In this document: positions 8,913 through 18,000 of the stretch, in pieces
Position numbering within the stretch: position 1 is the stretch's first letter
Layout of the letters: each line of letters opens with the position of its first letter
Assembly: GCA_965279305.1 (NCBI GenBank)
Contig: OZ257143.1
Span: forward strand, 1,320,001-1,352,000
DNA: 32,000 bases
Direction of reading: 5' to 3'
From: Gammaproteobacteria bacterium
GTDB taxonomy: Bacteria; Pseudomonadota; Gammaproteobacteria; JBIOEC01
Program-made: the position numbers and the translations under genes
The notes under the pieces: generated by a model
Database searches by the model: none
The model's input: only the letters and a program-made list of their open reading frames with translations
What the model was told of the DNA's origin: nothing

Positions 8913-10943
8913 ATGAAGCTTGCCACACTAGGAGATTCCCTACCTTTTTGTATAATTGTCCTAGATAAAGATGACAAAGTCTCTTATGTTAATCAAACCG
9001 TCAAGTCTTATTTCCCAAATATTATTAATTTAATAAATAAGCCCTACGCCCAATTAAAGCAGGGTGGCGGACTACCAAATCTTTCTGAACTCTCAAAAAA
9101 CCCTAACTACTACAAAACTCAATATAAAATAGATAATAAAAATATTGATATCACGTGGTTTTTCAATCATGTAGACGAAGAAGGAAAGCTTTTTAAAGTC
9201 TTGTTTGGGTATGACACTACCTCTGAAACACATTCTGAAGCCAAACCCGAACTTCTCACACAGGAACATCTAAATGATCTAATAGCTATTAAAAATATAG
9301 CAAATGAAGTGATGGGAAGTTCTGCTCCAAAATACGATAATATTGTTGATCTGACTAAAAGCATTCGTTTTCATTTAGAAAATATTATTACTCAAATACC
9401 TGGTAGTGTCCTTTGGAAAGATACAGAGTTTAAATATCTAGGATGCAATGATGATTGTGCAAAGCTAGTAGGATTAAAATCTCCAAAAGATATTTATGGA
9501 ATGAGTGATAAAGACTTTGAAACTCAATTAGGGTGGCCTCCAGAAGTATTGAAGTCCTTTAGAGAATATGATTCTCGTGTTTTAAAAGGTGAATCTATTT
9601 TGCAGCATGAAGAATTACCCTTTCAAAATTCTGAAGGAAGGATGATTTACCAATTAAGTAATCGTGTTCCACTTTATGATTATAAAGGCAAGATCGTTGG
9701 TATATTAGCCGTCGCAATCGATATCACAGAACGAAAAGAAATTGAGCAACAATTACTTGAATCGAAAGAAAAAGCTGAAGCTGCCAATGTGGCTAAAGAT
9801 GCCTTTATGGAAAATATGAGTCATGATTTTAAAACTCCTCTTAACGGTATTTATGGCGTTGTACAATTACTTTCAAATAGAAAAGATGAATTTCCTGATG
9901 ATGTTAAAGAACTTATTTCTGTCCAAGAAAAATCCACCCTGCGTTTAACCAAGTTAATTGAGTCTATATTGGACTTTAGCAAGATATATTCTGGATCATT
10001 AGAAATAGTGCAAGAAGAGCTGAATTTATTTGATATTATTGAGTCTGTTGTTCATAATCTTTCTTTTCAATTAAAAAACAAGCCAGTAGATATCCTAATA
10101 TACTATCCTCCTGAGGTGCCACGCCACCTGATTGGAGATACTCACTGCATTACGAGCATTGTACTTAATTTGATGAGTAATGCGGTGAAATTTACCGATG
10201 AAGGCCATGTTTCCATATCGGTTGGCGTGGTTTCTAAAGATGGCAATAATGTAATGTTACAATTAGAAGTAGTCGATACGGGAGAGGGGATACCGAAAGA
10301 TAAATATAAAGAAATTTTTGAACGTTTCCACCGTCTGGAGTTATCTAATAAAGGATTAAAAGAGGGGCATGGTATTGGCCTATCAGTAGTTAAAGAATTA
10401 GTAGATAAATTGAATGGTCAAATTGATGTAGAAAGTGAAATAGAAAAAGGAACTAAATTCATTGCTCAACTTCCTTTTCAAGTGCTTAATATGTCATTCT
10501 TTGTATCTGAATGGGAAAAGCTCCATCCTACTGTTCATATATTGGTAGTGAGTGATAAAATAACTTCTACTGATATTCAATTTAATCAATTTGAACAAGC
10601 GTTTGTTAGTAAAACGGATAGCGCTTCTCTTATGAATAAACTTGAACAGGCCATTAAGGATAAAAAGCCTTTTCAAGTGCTTATTATTGACGATGAAATC
10701 AAAACTGATCCATTAGCGCTTATCAATATGCTTCATAAAGATAAAAGATTCTTAAGGCTAATGAAATTACTATCACTTCAACCAAAACAAGATCGAGACA
10801 AGAAATGGTATGATACAGCAAGAGAGATGGGTTGTTTTGATTTTATTAAAAAACCTATTTTGCCTAGCGAATTAGATAAAAAAATAGTAGATGCTTGGGA
10901 GAAATGGGAAAAGAAAGACACTAAAAAAACATCACCTAATTAG
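8913..10943 (+). CDS. soluble hybrid sensor histidine kinase (PAS-PAS-HisKA-HATPase-receiver-like, 676 aa)
   Basis: The PAS segment is 'PGSVLWKDTEFKYLGCNDDCAKLVGL...ILAVAIDITERK'. The H-box is 'MSHDFKTPLNG', the N-box 'LMSNAVKFT', G1 'DTGEGI' and G2 'GHGIGLS'. A C-terminal receiver-like segment has 'HILVVSDK', 'QVLIIDDE' and 'FIKKPI'. No transmembrane segment is visible. Confidence 0.85.
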   Translation: MKLATLGDSLPFCIIVLDKDDKVSYVNQTVKSYFPNIINLINKPYAQLKQGGGLPNLSELSKNPNYYKTQYKIDNKNIDITWFFNHVDEEGKLFKVLFGYDTTSETHSEAKPELLTQEHLNDLIAIKNIANEVMGSSAPKYDNIVDLTKSIRFHLENIITQIPGSVLWKDTEFKYLGCNDDCAKLVGLKSPKDIYGMSDKDFETQLGWPPEVLKSFREYDSRVLKGESILQHEELPFQNSEGRMIYQLSNRVPLYDYKGKIVGILAVAIDITERKEIEQQLLESKEKAEAANVAKDAFMENMSHDFKTPLNGIYGVVQLLSNRKDEFPDDVKELISVQEKSTLRLTKLIESILDFSKIYSGSLEIVQEELNLFDIIESVVHNLSFQLKNKPVDILIYYPPEVPRHLIGDTHCITSIVLNLMSNAVKFTDEGHVSISVGVVSKDGNNVMLQLEVVDTGEGIPKDKYKEIFERFHRLELSNKGLKEGHGIGLSVVKELVDKLNGQIDVESEIEKGTKFIAQLPFQVLNMSFFVSEWEKLHPTVHILVVSDKITSTDIQFNQFEQAFVSKTDSASLMNKLEQAIKDKKPFQVLIIDDEIKTDPLALINMLHKDKRFLRLMKLLSLQPKQDRDKKWYDTAREMGCFDFIKKPILPSELDKKIVDAWEKWEKKDTKKTSPN

Positions 10944-11317
10944 TCTTTAAGGAGTTCTGCAAGGGTCTTTTCTAACAATATTTGATTTACAGGTTTAGTT
11001 AAAAAAGCATTCATTCCTGCTTTTAGACTATTCTCTTTTGCTTTTTCTTGACTGTTCCCAGTCACAGCAATTATAGGAACATCTTTTATAGCTAAGTTGC
11101 TATGACGTATTTTTTCAGTAAGTGCTATCCCATCCATATCAGGCAACCCTAGATCCATGAGAATTACATCAATTTTTGAATTGGGATTTTCCAAAATGCT
11201 CAATGCTTCTGCAGCATTATTCGCAGTTTGAACATCCTTATACCCAATAGAACCTAATATACCTTTAACAATCGTTTGGTTAATTTCATCATCTTCAACA
11301 AATAGTACTTTTTTCAT
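10940..11317 (-). CDS. single-domain CheY-like response regulator (125 aa)
   Basis: It has canonical receiver residues: 'VLFVEDDE', 'VILMDLGLPDMDG', 'IIAVTGN' and 'FLTKP'. It is convergent with the kinase gene, and the two stop codons overlap (TTAG at 10940-10943). Confidence 0.85.
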   Translation of the reverse strand: MKKVLFVEDDEINQTIVKGILGSIGYKDVQTANNAAEALSILENPNSKIDVILMDLGLPDMDGIALTEKIRHSNLAIKDVPIIAVTGNSQEKAKENSLKAGMNAFLTKPVNQILLEKTLAELLKD

Positions 11318-11342
11318 ATTATTGCTCTATTGTGACCTAATT

Positions 11343-11461
11343 AAATATAAGATGGTTTTCTGACAAAGTAGATATCTCTTTATGTTATATAATAGCATTA
11401 ACCCATGTAGCAGACCATAAGAGAACTGCCTGAATTCTAGCCTCAAAATACTTACAAAATG
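11343..11461 (-). promoter_or_regulatory. conserved upstream block, copy A (5' region of the response-regulator gene)
   Basis: It aligns without gaps over 119 nt with 14217-14335, except for a compensating indel pair near the 'ctag' stretch. Hand-counted identity is about three quarters. Perfectly shared blocks are 'tatataatagcattaaccca' (11386-11405), 'cagcagaccat' and 'aaaatacttacaaaatg' (11445-11461). On the coding strand the 20-mer reads TGGGTTAATGCTATTATATA, which contains an extended -10-like TGnTATTAT. Confidence 0.6.
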
Positions 11462-11664
11462 CACACTTATATTTTATAGGAGTTGGTTTTTTGTTTTTTT
11501 AGTAATATGACCTAATATTTCGATGTCCATTTTGTAAGCTGTCTCTCACGTTGTTTTCCGAATTCTTCCAATATGCAAGTTCAACATAAACCCTTTATAC
11601 TCCATTCTTTGTTCATGGAGAACGTACTATTCTGATTAGTAATAAGATAGATAGGAATTACCAA

Positions 11665-13539
11665 ATGCACTCTCACTTTTTAAGTAGAATAATCTCTTCT
11701 ACCGCTCTATTTTTTATGATGTCTTCCGTTGTAATAGCAGAGCCTATTCGTTTGCCTCCATTTAGCGGTTTATGGTTTGCTGGCAGTTATAAAGTAGTTG
11801 AAGGTTCACAATATGAAACCGCATGCGAAGAAACGATTGCCGAATATATCTTCGATAATGTCAGTGATGATCCTGTAAAGGCAGCCATTCTCTATAAAAA
11901 AAACGAGCTTTATGATCGTTTTGGGAAGTTTCCCGATTCTTGCTCAACTAATGCTGTAGAAAAATTCTATACTTTTATTCCTGAAACATTCCCAATTACA
12001 GGTGATTCCTACGATGTGGTTGCTATTTGGGAAATAATTACTTCAGATCCATCCAACCCTGTAGTGACTAATGTTGAGGTAGAATGCAAAATGGATGATA
12101 GTATTTTTCGTGAAAAAGTATATGTCGATCCTCACTATGATAATTGCGAACATGGTAGTTGCTACGATATTTGCTATGGAGACATTCTTGCTCGAAGCTT
12201 AAATGTTGCAGGCTTTGAATCCCTTGGACACACAGGCATCGGAGATTTGACCGTTTTTAACGCGGAGAGTAATGAAAATTACAGGGTATTAGAATTTCAG
12301 AAGGATGAGACCACATGGGAGGGTGGGGTTCACACCCCATATTTAAAAATTTTTCAAGCTGAAGCGACCTATTGGGGCAGTCGATTTGGTAGACCATCAC
12401 TATCTGAACCTCCAGTTTTAACAAAAAAAGAAGGCGAAAAAATTATAGAATATGCAAACTCTCAAAGATTTAGTTGTCATGAATATACTCTCACAAGAGA
12501 TTGGTATCCTGCATCTCAAAAAGCAACCTCTGTTTATGATTCAACCACTAAAAAATGGATACACCAAACTGCGGAGCAATGTGGTAAGTTTCGCTGTGAT
12601 ACTTTTGTAACATACGCATATCTTCAAGGAGCAAATATTCTTATTCCTCCTGGTCCAACAGGAGAATATACCCCATATCCTATTGAAACATACGAAAGTC
12701 TCCCATATATAAGGCCTGCAAGCTTAGAATCAGATGCATCTCTGGATGAAATAAATTCGCTACATTATATTGAGGGCTGGCAAGAACATATCAATAGCCT
12801 TTCCTATGAAGATGCCTTTAATGAGATGATTGAGCTTTACTTAGATGCTCCCCAAACTCAAAGAGATGGGTATGCTTATTTACTGCTTTTAGTATTTGAA
12901 CGTCTTAGCCAAGATAACAACTTTAGCCCTAAGCAACGAGCAGATATGATTTGGACATATATTATGAGTTATAAAAACGAACCTGACCTATTAAATGTGT
13001 TTATTGATGCTATTAATAACAATGTATTTGATTCTATCGAATACATATCTAAAGCAACTAGCCTTATTAGTGAACAAAATCATCCTGGGTTACACCTACA
13101 TACTCTATCCTTAATAACCAACATTTATGCGCATCAATTGGTTGGTATGGAAGATGAAAGATCTTTGAAAAATGTAAAAATAATACAGGATTTTTTCAAA
13201 AAGCAATTAAAAACTCAAGATGGCATTTTACTCAAGCAAACCATTAATTATTCATCACAGGTTTTACCTTACGATGAATTGGAAAAACTACTATATGCCA
13301 TTCCATTAGATAGAATTGACGATATAGATTCTGCCAGCCATACATTGGCAGCTATCTCTTTAAACTATTTAACCAAAGGCTCCAGAGAATGGGATGCCTT
13401 CTGGAACAGAACTCCTAAAGAGTGGGTAACCCCAATCAGTGAGAGGTTAAACATGTTGTTCAGTGATAGTCAGTTTGCGGATCAGTATTCCAGCGTACAG
13501 AACGAGCTAGTAATGGCGCGTCTACAATTGATATTGTAA
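11665..13539 (+). CDS. secreted protein with a putative permuted-papain (YiiX/C92-like) domain (624 aa)
   Basis: An N-terminal signal-peptide-like segment is 'ALFFMMSSVVIAEP'. The motifs 'YGDIL', 'LGHTGIG', 'YRVLEF' and 'FRCDTFVTYAY' appear in the same His-before-Cys order as E. coli YiiX ('GDIIF', 'SHTGML', 'VFEA', 'YCSEVVWKVY', recalled from memory). The C-terminal ~300 aa is unassigned. Confidence 0.55.
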   Translation: MHSHFLSRIISSTALFFMMSSVVIAEPIRLPPFSGLWFAGSYKVVEGSQYETACEETIAEYIFDNVSDDPVKAAILYKKNELYDRFGKFPDSCSTNAVEKFYTFIPETFPITGDSYDVVAIWEIITSDPSNPVVTNVEVECKMDDSIFREKVYVDPHYDNCEHGSCYDICYGDILARSLNVAGFESLGHTGIGDLTVFNAESNENYRVLEFQKDETTWEGGVHTPYLKIFQAEATYWGSRFGRPSLSEPPVLTKKEGEKIIEYANSQRFSCHEYTLTRDWYPASQKATSVYDSTTKKWIHQTAEQCGKFRCDTFVTYAYLQGANILIPPGPTGEYTPYPIETYESLPYIRPASLESDASLDEINSLHYIEGWQEHINSLSYEDAFNEMIELYLDAPQTQRDGYAYLLLLVFERLSQDNNFSPKQRADMIWTYIMSYKNEPDLLNVFIDAINNNVFDSIEYISKATSLISEQNHPGLHLHTLSLITNIYAHQLVGMEDERSLKNVKIIQDFFKKQLKTQDGILLKQTINYSSQVLPYDELEKLLYAIPLDRIDDIDSASHTLAAISLNYLTKGSREWDAFWNRTPKEWVTPISERLNMLFSDSQFADQYSSVQNELVMARLQLIL

Positions 13540-13559
13540 CCTAATAATGAGCATCTATT

Positions 13560-14201
13560 CTAAAGTACTCTTCGAACAATACCAAGGCGTATGGCGGTCT
13601 CAGTTATCTCGCTTTTACTAGTGCAGTCTAATTTTATTTTGATTCTTTCGACATAATCTTCGATCGTTCTGTGCGACAGTTCTAATCGTTTTGCAATTTT
13701 CTTAGATGTAAGCCCAAGAAAAATATAATTAAATACATCACTCTCACGGGGAGTAAAGAGATTAAGGTGATTTACAAACTTGGGTATCAATTTTTCATCA
13801 GTTACATCCATTGCAACACCAAGCACGCCCACAATATGCCCTCTTTCATCTATGAGGCAAGACTTTTCCGTCCTAACAACCATGTTATTCCCATCCACTC
13901 GTTTTATAGGAAGCTGATGCTCAGTAATTTTTATTCCACCACTTTCTATAACCTCTTGATCATCCTTTTGAAAGGATTCGGCTTCCTTTACTCCCCAATT
14001 TAGCTCTTCATCTGTTTTACCCCAAAGAGCCTCTCTGGATAAGCCAGACAGAATAACCATATTTTTATTAAATCCTAGGTATTGAGACTTTCTGTTTTTC
14101 CAGTAAACAAAACCTGGCATGTTGTAAAGAATATCTTCCATAAAAGAACGGGAGAGCAAGGCTGCATTAAATGGTTCTGAACCGTGTGTCAATTTTTGCA
14201 T
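13560..14201 (-). CDS. PAS-domain LuxR-family transcriptional regulator (213 aa)
   Basis: The N-terminal PAS 'PGFVYWKNRKSQYLGFNKNMVILSGL...VLGVAMDVTDEK' is paralogous to PAS2 of the kinase. The C-terminal LuxR HTH is 'TPRESDVFNYIFLGLTSKKIAKRLELSHRTIEDYVERIKIKL'. Confidence 0.8.
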   Translation of the reverse strand: MQKLTHGSEPFNAALLSRSFMEDILYNMPGFVYWKNRKSQYLGFNKNMVILSGLSREALWGKTDEELNWGVKEAESFQKDDQEVIESGGIKITEHQLPIKRVDGNNMVVRTEKSCLIDERGHIVGVLGVAMDVTDEKLIPKFVNHLNLFTPRESDVFNYIFLGLTSKKIAKRLELSHRTIEDYVERIKIKLDCTSKSEITETAIRLGIVRRVL

Positions 14202-14216
14202 AAGGAGTTGCCATTA

Positions 14217-14335
14217 AAAATAAAGATGTTTTTCTGACATATTAATTATGTTTATCTACTATATAATAGCATTAACCCACACAGCAGACCATCAGGATAT
14301 TTCTTGGATTCCTAGCTTAAAATACTTACAAAATG
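14217..14335 (-). promoter_or_regulatory. conserved upstream block, copy B (5' region of the PAS-LuxR gene)
   Basis: This is the partner of 11343-11461. The shared 20-mer is at 14260-14279 and the shared 17-mer at 14319-14335. The block fills almost the whole 141-nt gap between the stop of the membrane-protein gene and the PAS-LuxR start. Confidence 0.6.
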
Positions 14336-14342
14336 TCCATCA

Positions 14343-15065
14343 TTATCTATTTATCTTCAGGTATCTATCTTCGCCTATTTTTGTAACGATAACGCTCTTA
14401 TTATCCAGTGTCATCACAAAAATATCCCCACCCATAGTGCCTAAATATTTGTAATTTTCATTCAATGCATTGTTTTTTGAAGACCCAAAAGAGACTGTTT
14501 GAAAAGATTTATTTTCAAGTATTTTTTCCGCATCCATTCTTCCTGAATCAAGCATTAAAAGGGGATATGCCCCAACAAAAAATAGTAACAATTTTAATGT
14601 ATGGTTGGTTGAGAAAAACTGAGGGAAGAATTTTTCGATTAAAAACAAAGATGGAGGAATCGCTAGAACCATATAAAAACATACCCAGTTTGTAGGAGAT
14701 TCATCACTGGATAGAATATAGACAGCATAAAAAATAAAATAAAAACTAATAAAAATAGAAAGAAAAACCTTAAATCCTTTTGATACTTTCTTTGGTTTCT
14801 TTTCTATATCAACTATCTTTTCTTTTTTATTACCAACCCTCCAAACAGAAAAAGAAACCAGAAATAATACTATCAACGCAATGAAAAATGAGATTTGTGC
14901 AATATTGGATAGAGGGAACTTAAAGAGATCCCAAAAATTAGAAAGTGAAACAATATTAACGTCAAATTGTGACCAATATCCTGCGTTATATAATAGAGCA
15001 GCAAAGAATAGGTAAAGAACTACTCCATTGATTGCATATATTCCATATCTTAATTTATTTTCCAT
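14343..15065 (-). CDS. integral membrane protein (240 aa, about 5 hydrophobic segments plus a soluble C-terminal ~70 aa)
   Basis: Hydrophobic runs include 'GVVLYLFFAALLY', 'ISFFIALIVLFLVSFSVW', 'VFLSIFISFYFIFYAVYIL', 'VCFYMVLAIPPSLFLI' and 'LLLFFVGAYPLLML'. It starts 29 nt after the stop of the Sel1 gene on the same strand. Confidence 0.6.
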   Translation of the reverse strand: MENKLRYGIYAINGVVLYLFFAALLYNAGYWSQFDVNIVSLSNFWDLFKFPLSNIAQISFFIALIVLFLVSFSVWRVGNKKEKIVDIEKKPKKVSKGFKVFLSIFISFYFIFYAVYILSSDESPTNWVCFYMVLAIPPSLFLIEKFFPQFFSTNHTLKLLLFFVGAYPLLMLDSGRMDAEKILENKSFQTVSFGSSKNNALNENYKYLGTMGGDIFVMTLDNKSVIVTKIGEDRYLKINR

Positions 15066-15094
15066 TTTTTCTCCCTATTTACTTAAATTACTAT

Positions 15095-18000
15095 CTACCA
15101 TCTGTTCCCTGAAACCGCCACAGGTGCTGGGGGTAGTAACCCTGAAAGTTCACTTAGTAACGCAGCATTATTTCCGTTCACACTAGCTAGCTTCAGAAGA
15201 ATACTTGCCGTTGCATCATTACTTGCAGCAACTGGAGCAGGGAGAGGGCTTTTCTGAGCGACATTAGGGGCTTTATTAAGCACTACAGCACCAGAAGCTG
15301 AAAAAGATACACGAGTTGTCGTTGCGGCAGGCTGCTTACTATCAGGTAAAGATAACTTATCTAGTTCCTTTTTAGCAGCAGTATTTCCTGAGTCAACCGC
15401 TCTTTCATACCATTCTTTGGCTTTATCTTTATTATAAAATAAAGGTAATTGATATAATGCTGCTAGTTCTAATTGTTGCGCAGAACTTCCTCTCAATGCA
15501 AGACGTTCTAACGTGCTCAATACGGTTCTGTTACCCTCTTTAGCTACTCTCATATAATGAGCCCATGCTTGAGCAGTATTTCTACCCACCCCTTGGTGTT
15601 CAAGCTGATAGAGATGTCCTAAACGTAGACCAGAGGCTTTATCTCCTAACTGACTTGCTTTCTCATAAAACACAATGGCAAGAGTATTATTTTTTTTGAT
15701 AGTCTTAGTGCCTTCTTCATACGTTTTTGCTAGATACAAATAGATTTCAAGCGTGAATACTGTTTGCGTTAAATATGTGCGAGCTTGCGCATGATTGAGC
15801 TCAACTGCCTTCATGCACCAATTGACTGCTGCTTGAGGATCTTTTTTCGCTTCATGATAATATGCATATCCCAGTAAATATTGAGCCTCTGCATTTCCTG
15901 CTAAGGCTAAAGCTTCTACTTCTTCTTTTGCTTTCTCATGTTTTTTACTAAGCGCCATTCTATAATAACGGAATACTTTCACATTATTTTCAGGGGTATT
16001 GGTACGGAGATAAGCTCTTGCCATTTGATAAGCAATATCGGCTGAAGACTCCGCTTCTTTATTTATTGCTGCCTCAGCCGGTGCATATCCTTTATCTGCC
16101 GCTTTTTTATACCATTCCAATGCAGTAGGCACATTCTTAAGTTTTTGATACAGCTCACCTAATTTAAATTCCCAGTCAGAATGACCTAACATTAGCACTA
16201 GACGCTCTAGCGCAAGCAATGCGTCTTTATGTCCTAATTGAGCCGCTTTCAAATAATATTGGCAAGCCTTTTGAATATCCTTTTCTAAATCTTTACCGTC
16301 TTCTTCATATAGCTGCCCCAAACGAAAAGCCGCATCTTTACTCTTTAAAGCATCCGCCTTAACATAAAATTCAACCGCACGCTTTGTATTTCTAGCAATG
16401 CCCTCTGTTCCCAAATCATAGGTTCTAGCTATTTTTAGGTAAATATCTACGCCAAAAGTAGTTTTTGTTAAGTAGTCTGTTGCTTGTTTATGTTTTTTTT
16501 CGGCCGCTCTCATGCACCATTCAACTGCCTTCGCAAAATCCTTAGTAGAATGATAATACTCATAGCCCAACATATATTGAGTCTGCGCATCTCCTCTAGC
16601 TGCAATAGCCTCCAATTGCTTTCTTGCTTCTGCATGGTTTTTACGTGCAGCCACAAGATAGAGATTCAATGCTTTAGGAAGATTTGCTTTTTCCCCAGCA
16701 TTTCCTTCATACAATTTCCCTAATTCGTATGTATACAAAGGGGAGGGACTTATTATTTGTTCCAATTGAGCAGACGCTTTTGTGTTCCCATTATCTTCAG
16801 CTCTTTTAAACCATTTGAGAGCCGCTAAATTATCTTTCAATACTCGATAATAGAGATCAGCTAATTCAAATTGTAATTGAGCATTGCTTAAAGTACTCAG
16901 AATTCGCCCTAATGCATATAATGCTTCTTTATGTTGTTGCTCTGCCGCTTTTAAGTAATGCTTGCAAGCAATAACAAGATCCTCTGTCACTCCTAACTCA
17001 CCAAGCTGATATATTTGCCCTAATCGATGAAAGGCATCTTTACTGCCTAATTCGCTGGCCTTTACATAGAACTGAATAGCCTTCTTGGGATCTTTTGTAA
17101 TACCTTCTTCACCCGTTTCATAGGCTTTCGCCATCATTAAAAAGATATCAACGGTGAAAGCGGTTTTATTTACGTAGTCTGACGCTGGAACGTGTTTCAG
17201 ATCAGCCGCTTTCATGCACCATCGAACTGCATTTGAGGTATCTTTCTTATGGAGATAATAACCATAACCTAATTGGTATTGTGCTTCAGGATTTCGCTGC
17301 TGAGCTAATGCTTCAAGTCGTTTTTTGGCTTCAGCATGATCTTTGCGTGCAGCAATTAAGTAGTATCGAATAGCAGTTTCAAGCTGAGGAGTTTCTCCTG
17401 GAGTATTGTCATATAGCTTTGCTATTTCGTAAGCCCACGCAGAGCTGACATCCGCTATTTTTGGAAGCAATGCAAGGGCATTGGCATGTCCTTTTTCGGC
17501 GGCTCTTTTAAGCCATTTTATAGCAAGAGGTATATTTTTTATTACATCATGATAGAGTTTACCCAGCTCATATTCTGATTTTTTACTATTTAATAAAATA
17601 ACAAGCCGTTCTAATGCGGGTAAAGCATCCAATCGACCTTGTTCTGCAGCTTTTAAATAATAATCAAAAGCGGTTGATGTGTTTACAACAATTCCTGGTC
17701 GACCAAATTCATATATTGTACCTAGTACAAAAGCAGCTTCAGCGTTTCCTTTTTCACTGGCCTTTATATAAAACTGGATGGCTTTACGTATATTTTTAGG
17801 AATACCTTGTTCGCCATTTTGATATGTTTTAGCTATTGTTAAATAGGTATCTGCATCAAAATCGGTTTTTGTTATATAGTCAGTGGCTTTAGTATGATTT
17901 TTTTCAGAGGCTCTGATACACCAGGTAATAGTACTTTTTACTTCTTTTTTATATTCACCGTAATATTTGATGCCTAATACATATTGAGCATCATTATTTT

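Noticed and set aside
11333-11516. The 9-nt direct repeat 'tgacctaat' (11333-11341 and 11508-11516) bracketing upstream block A, a possible MITE with target-site duplication
   Set aside because: No terminal inverted repeats are present. The second copy of the block (14217-14335) has no comparable flanking repeat. A 9-nt AT-rich match within 200 nt of AT-rich intergenic DNA can arise by chance.
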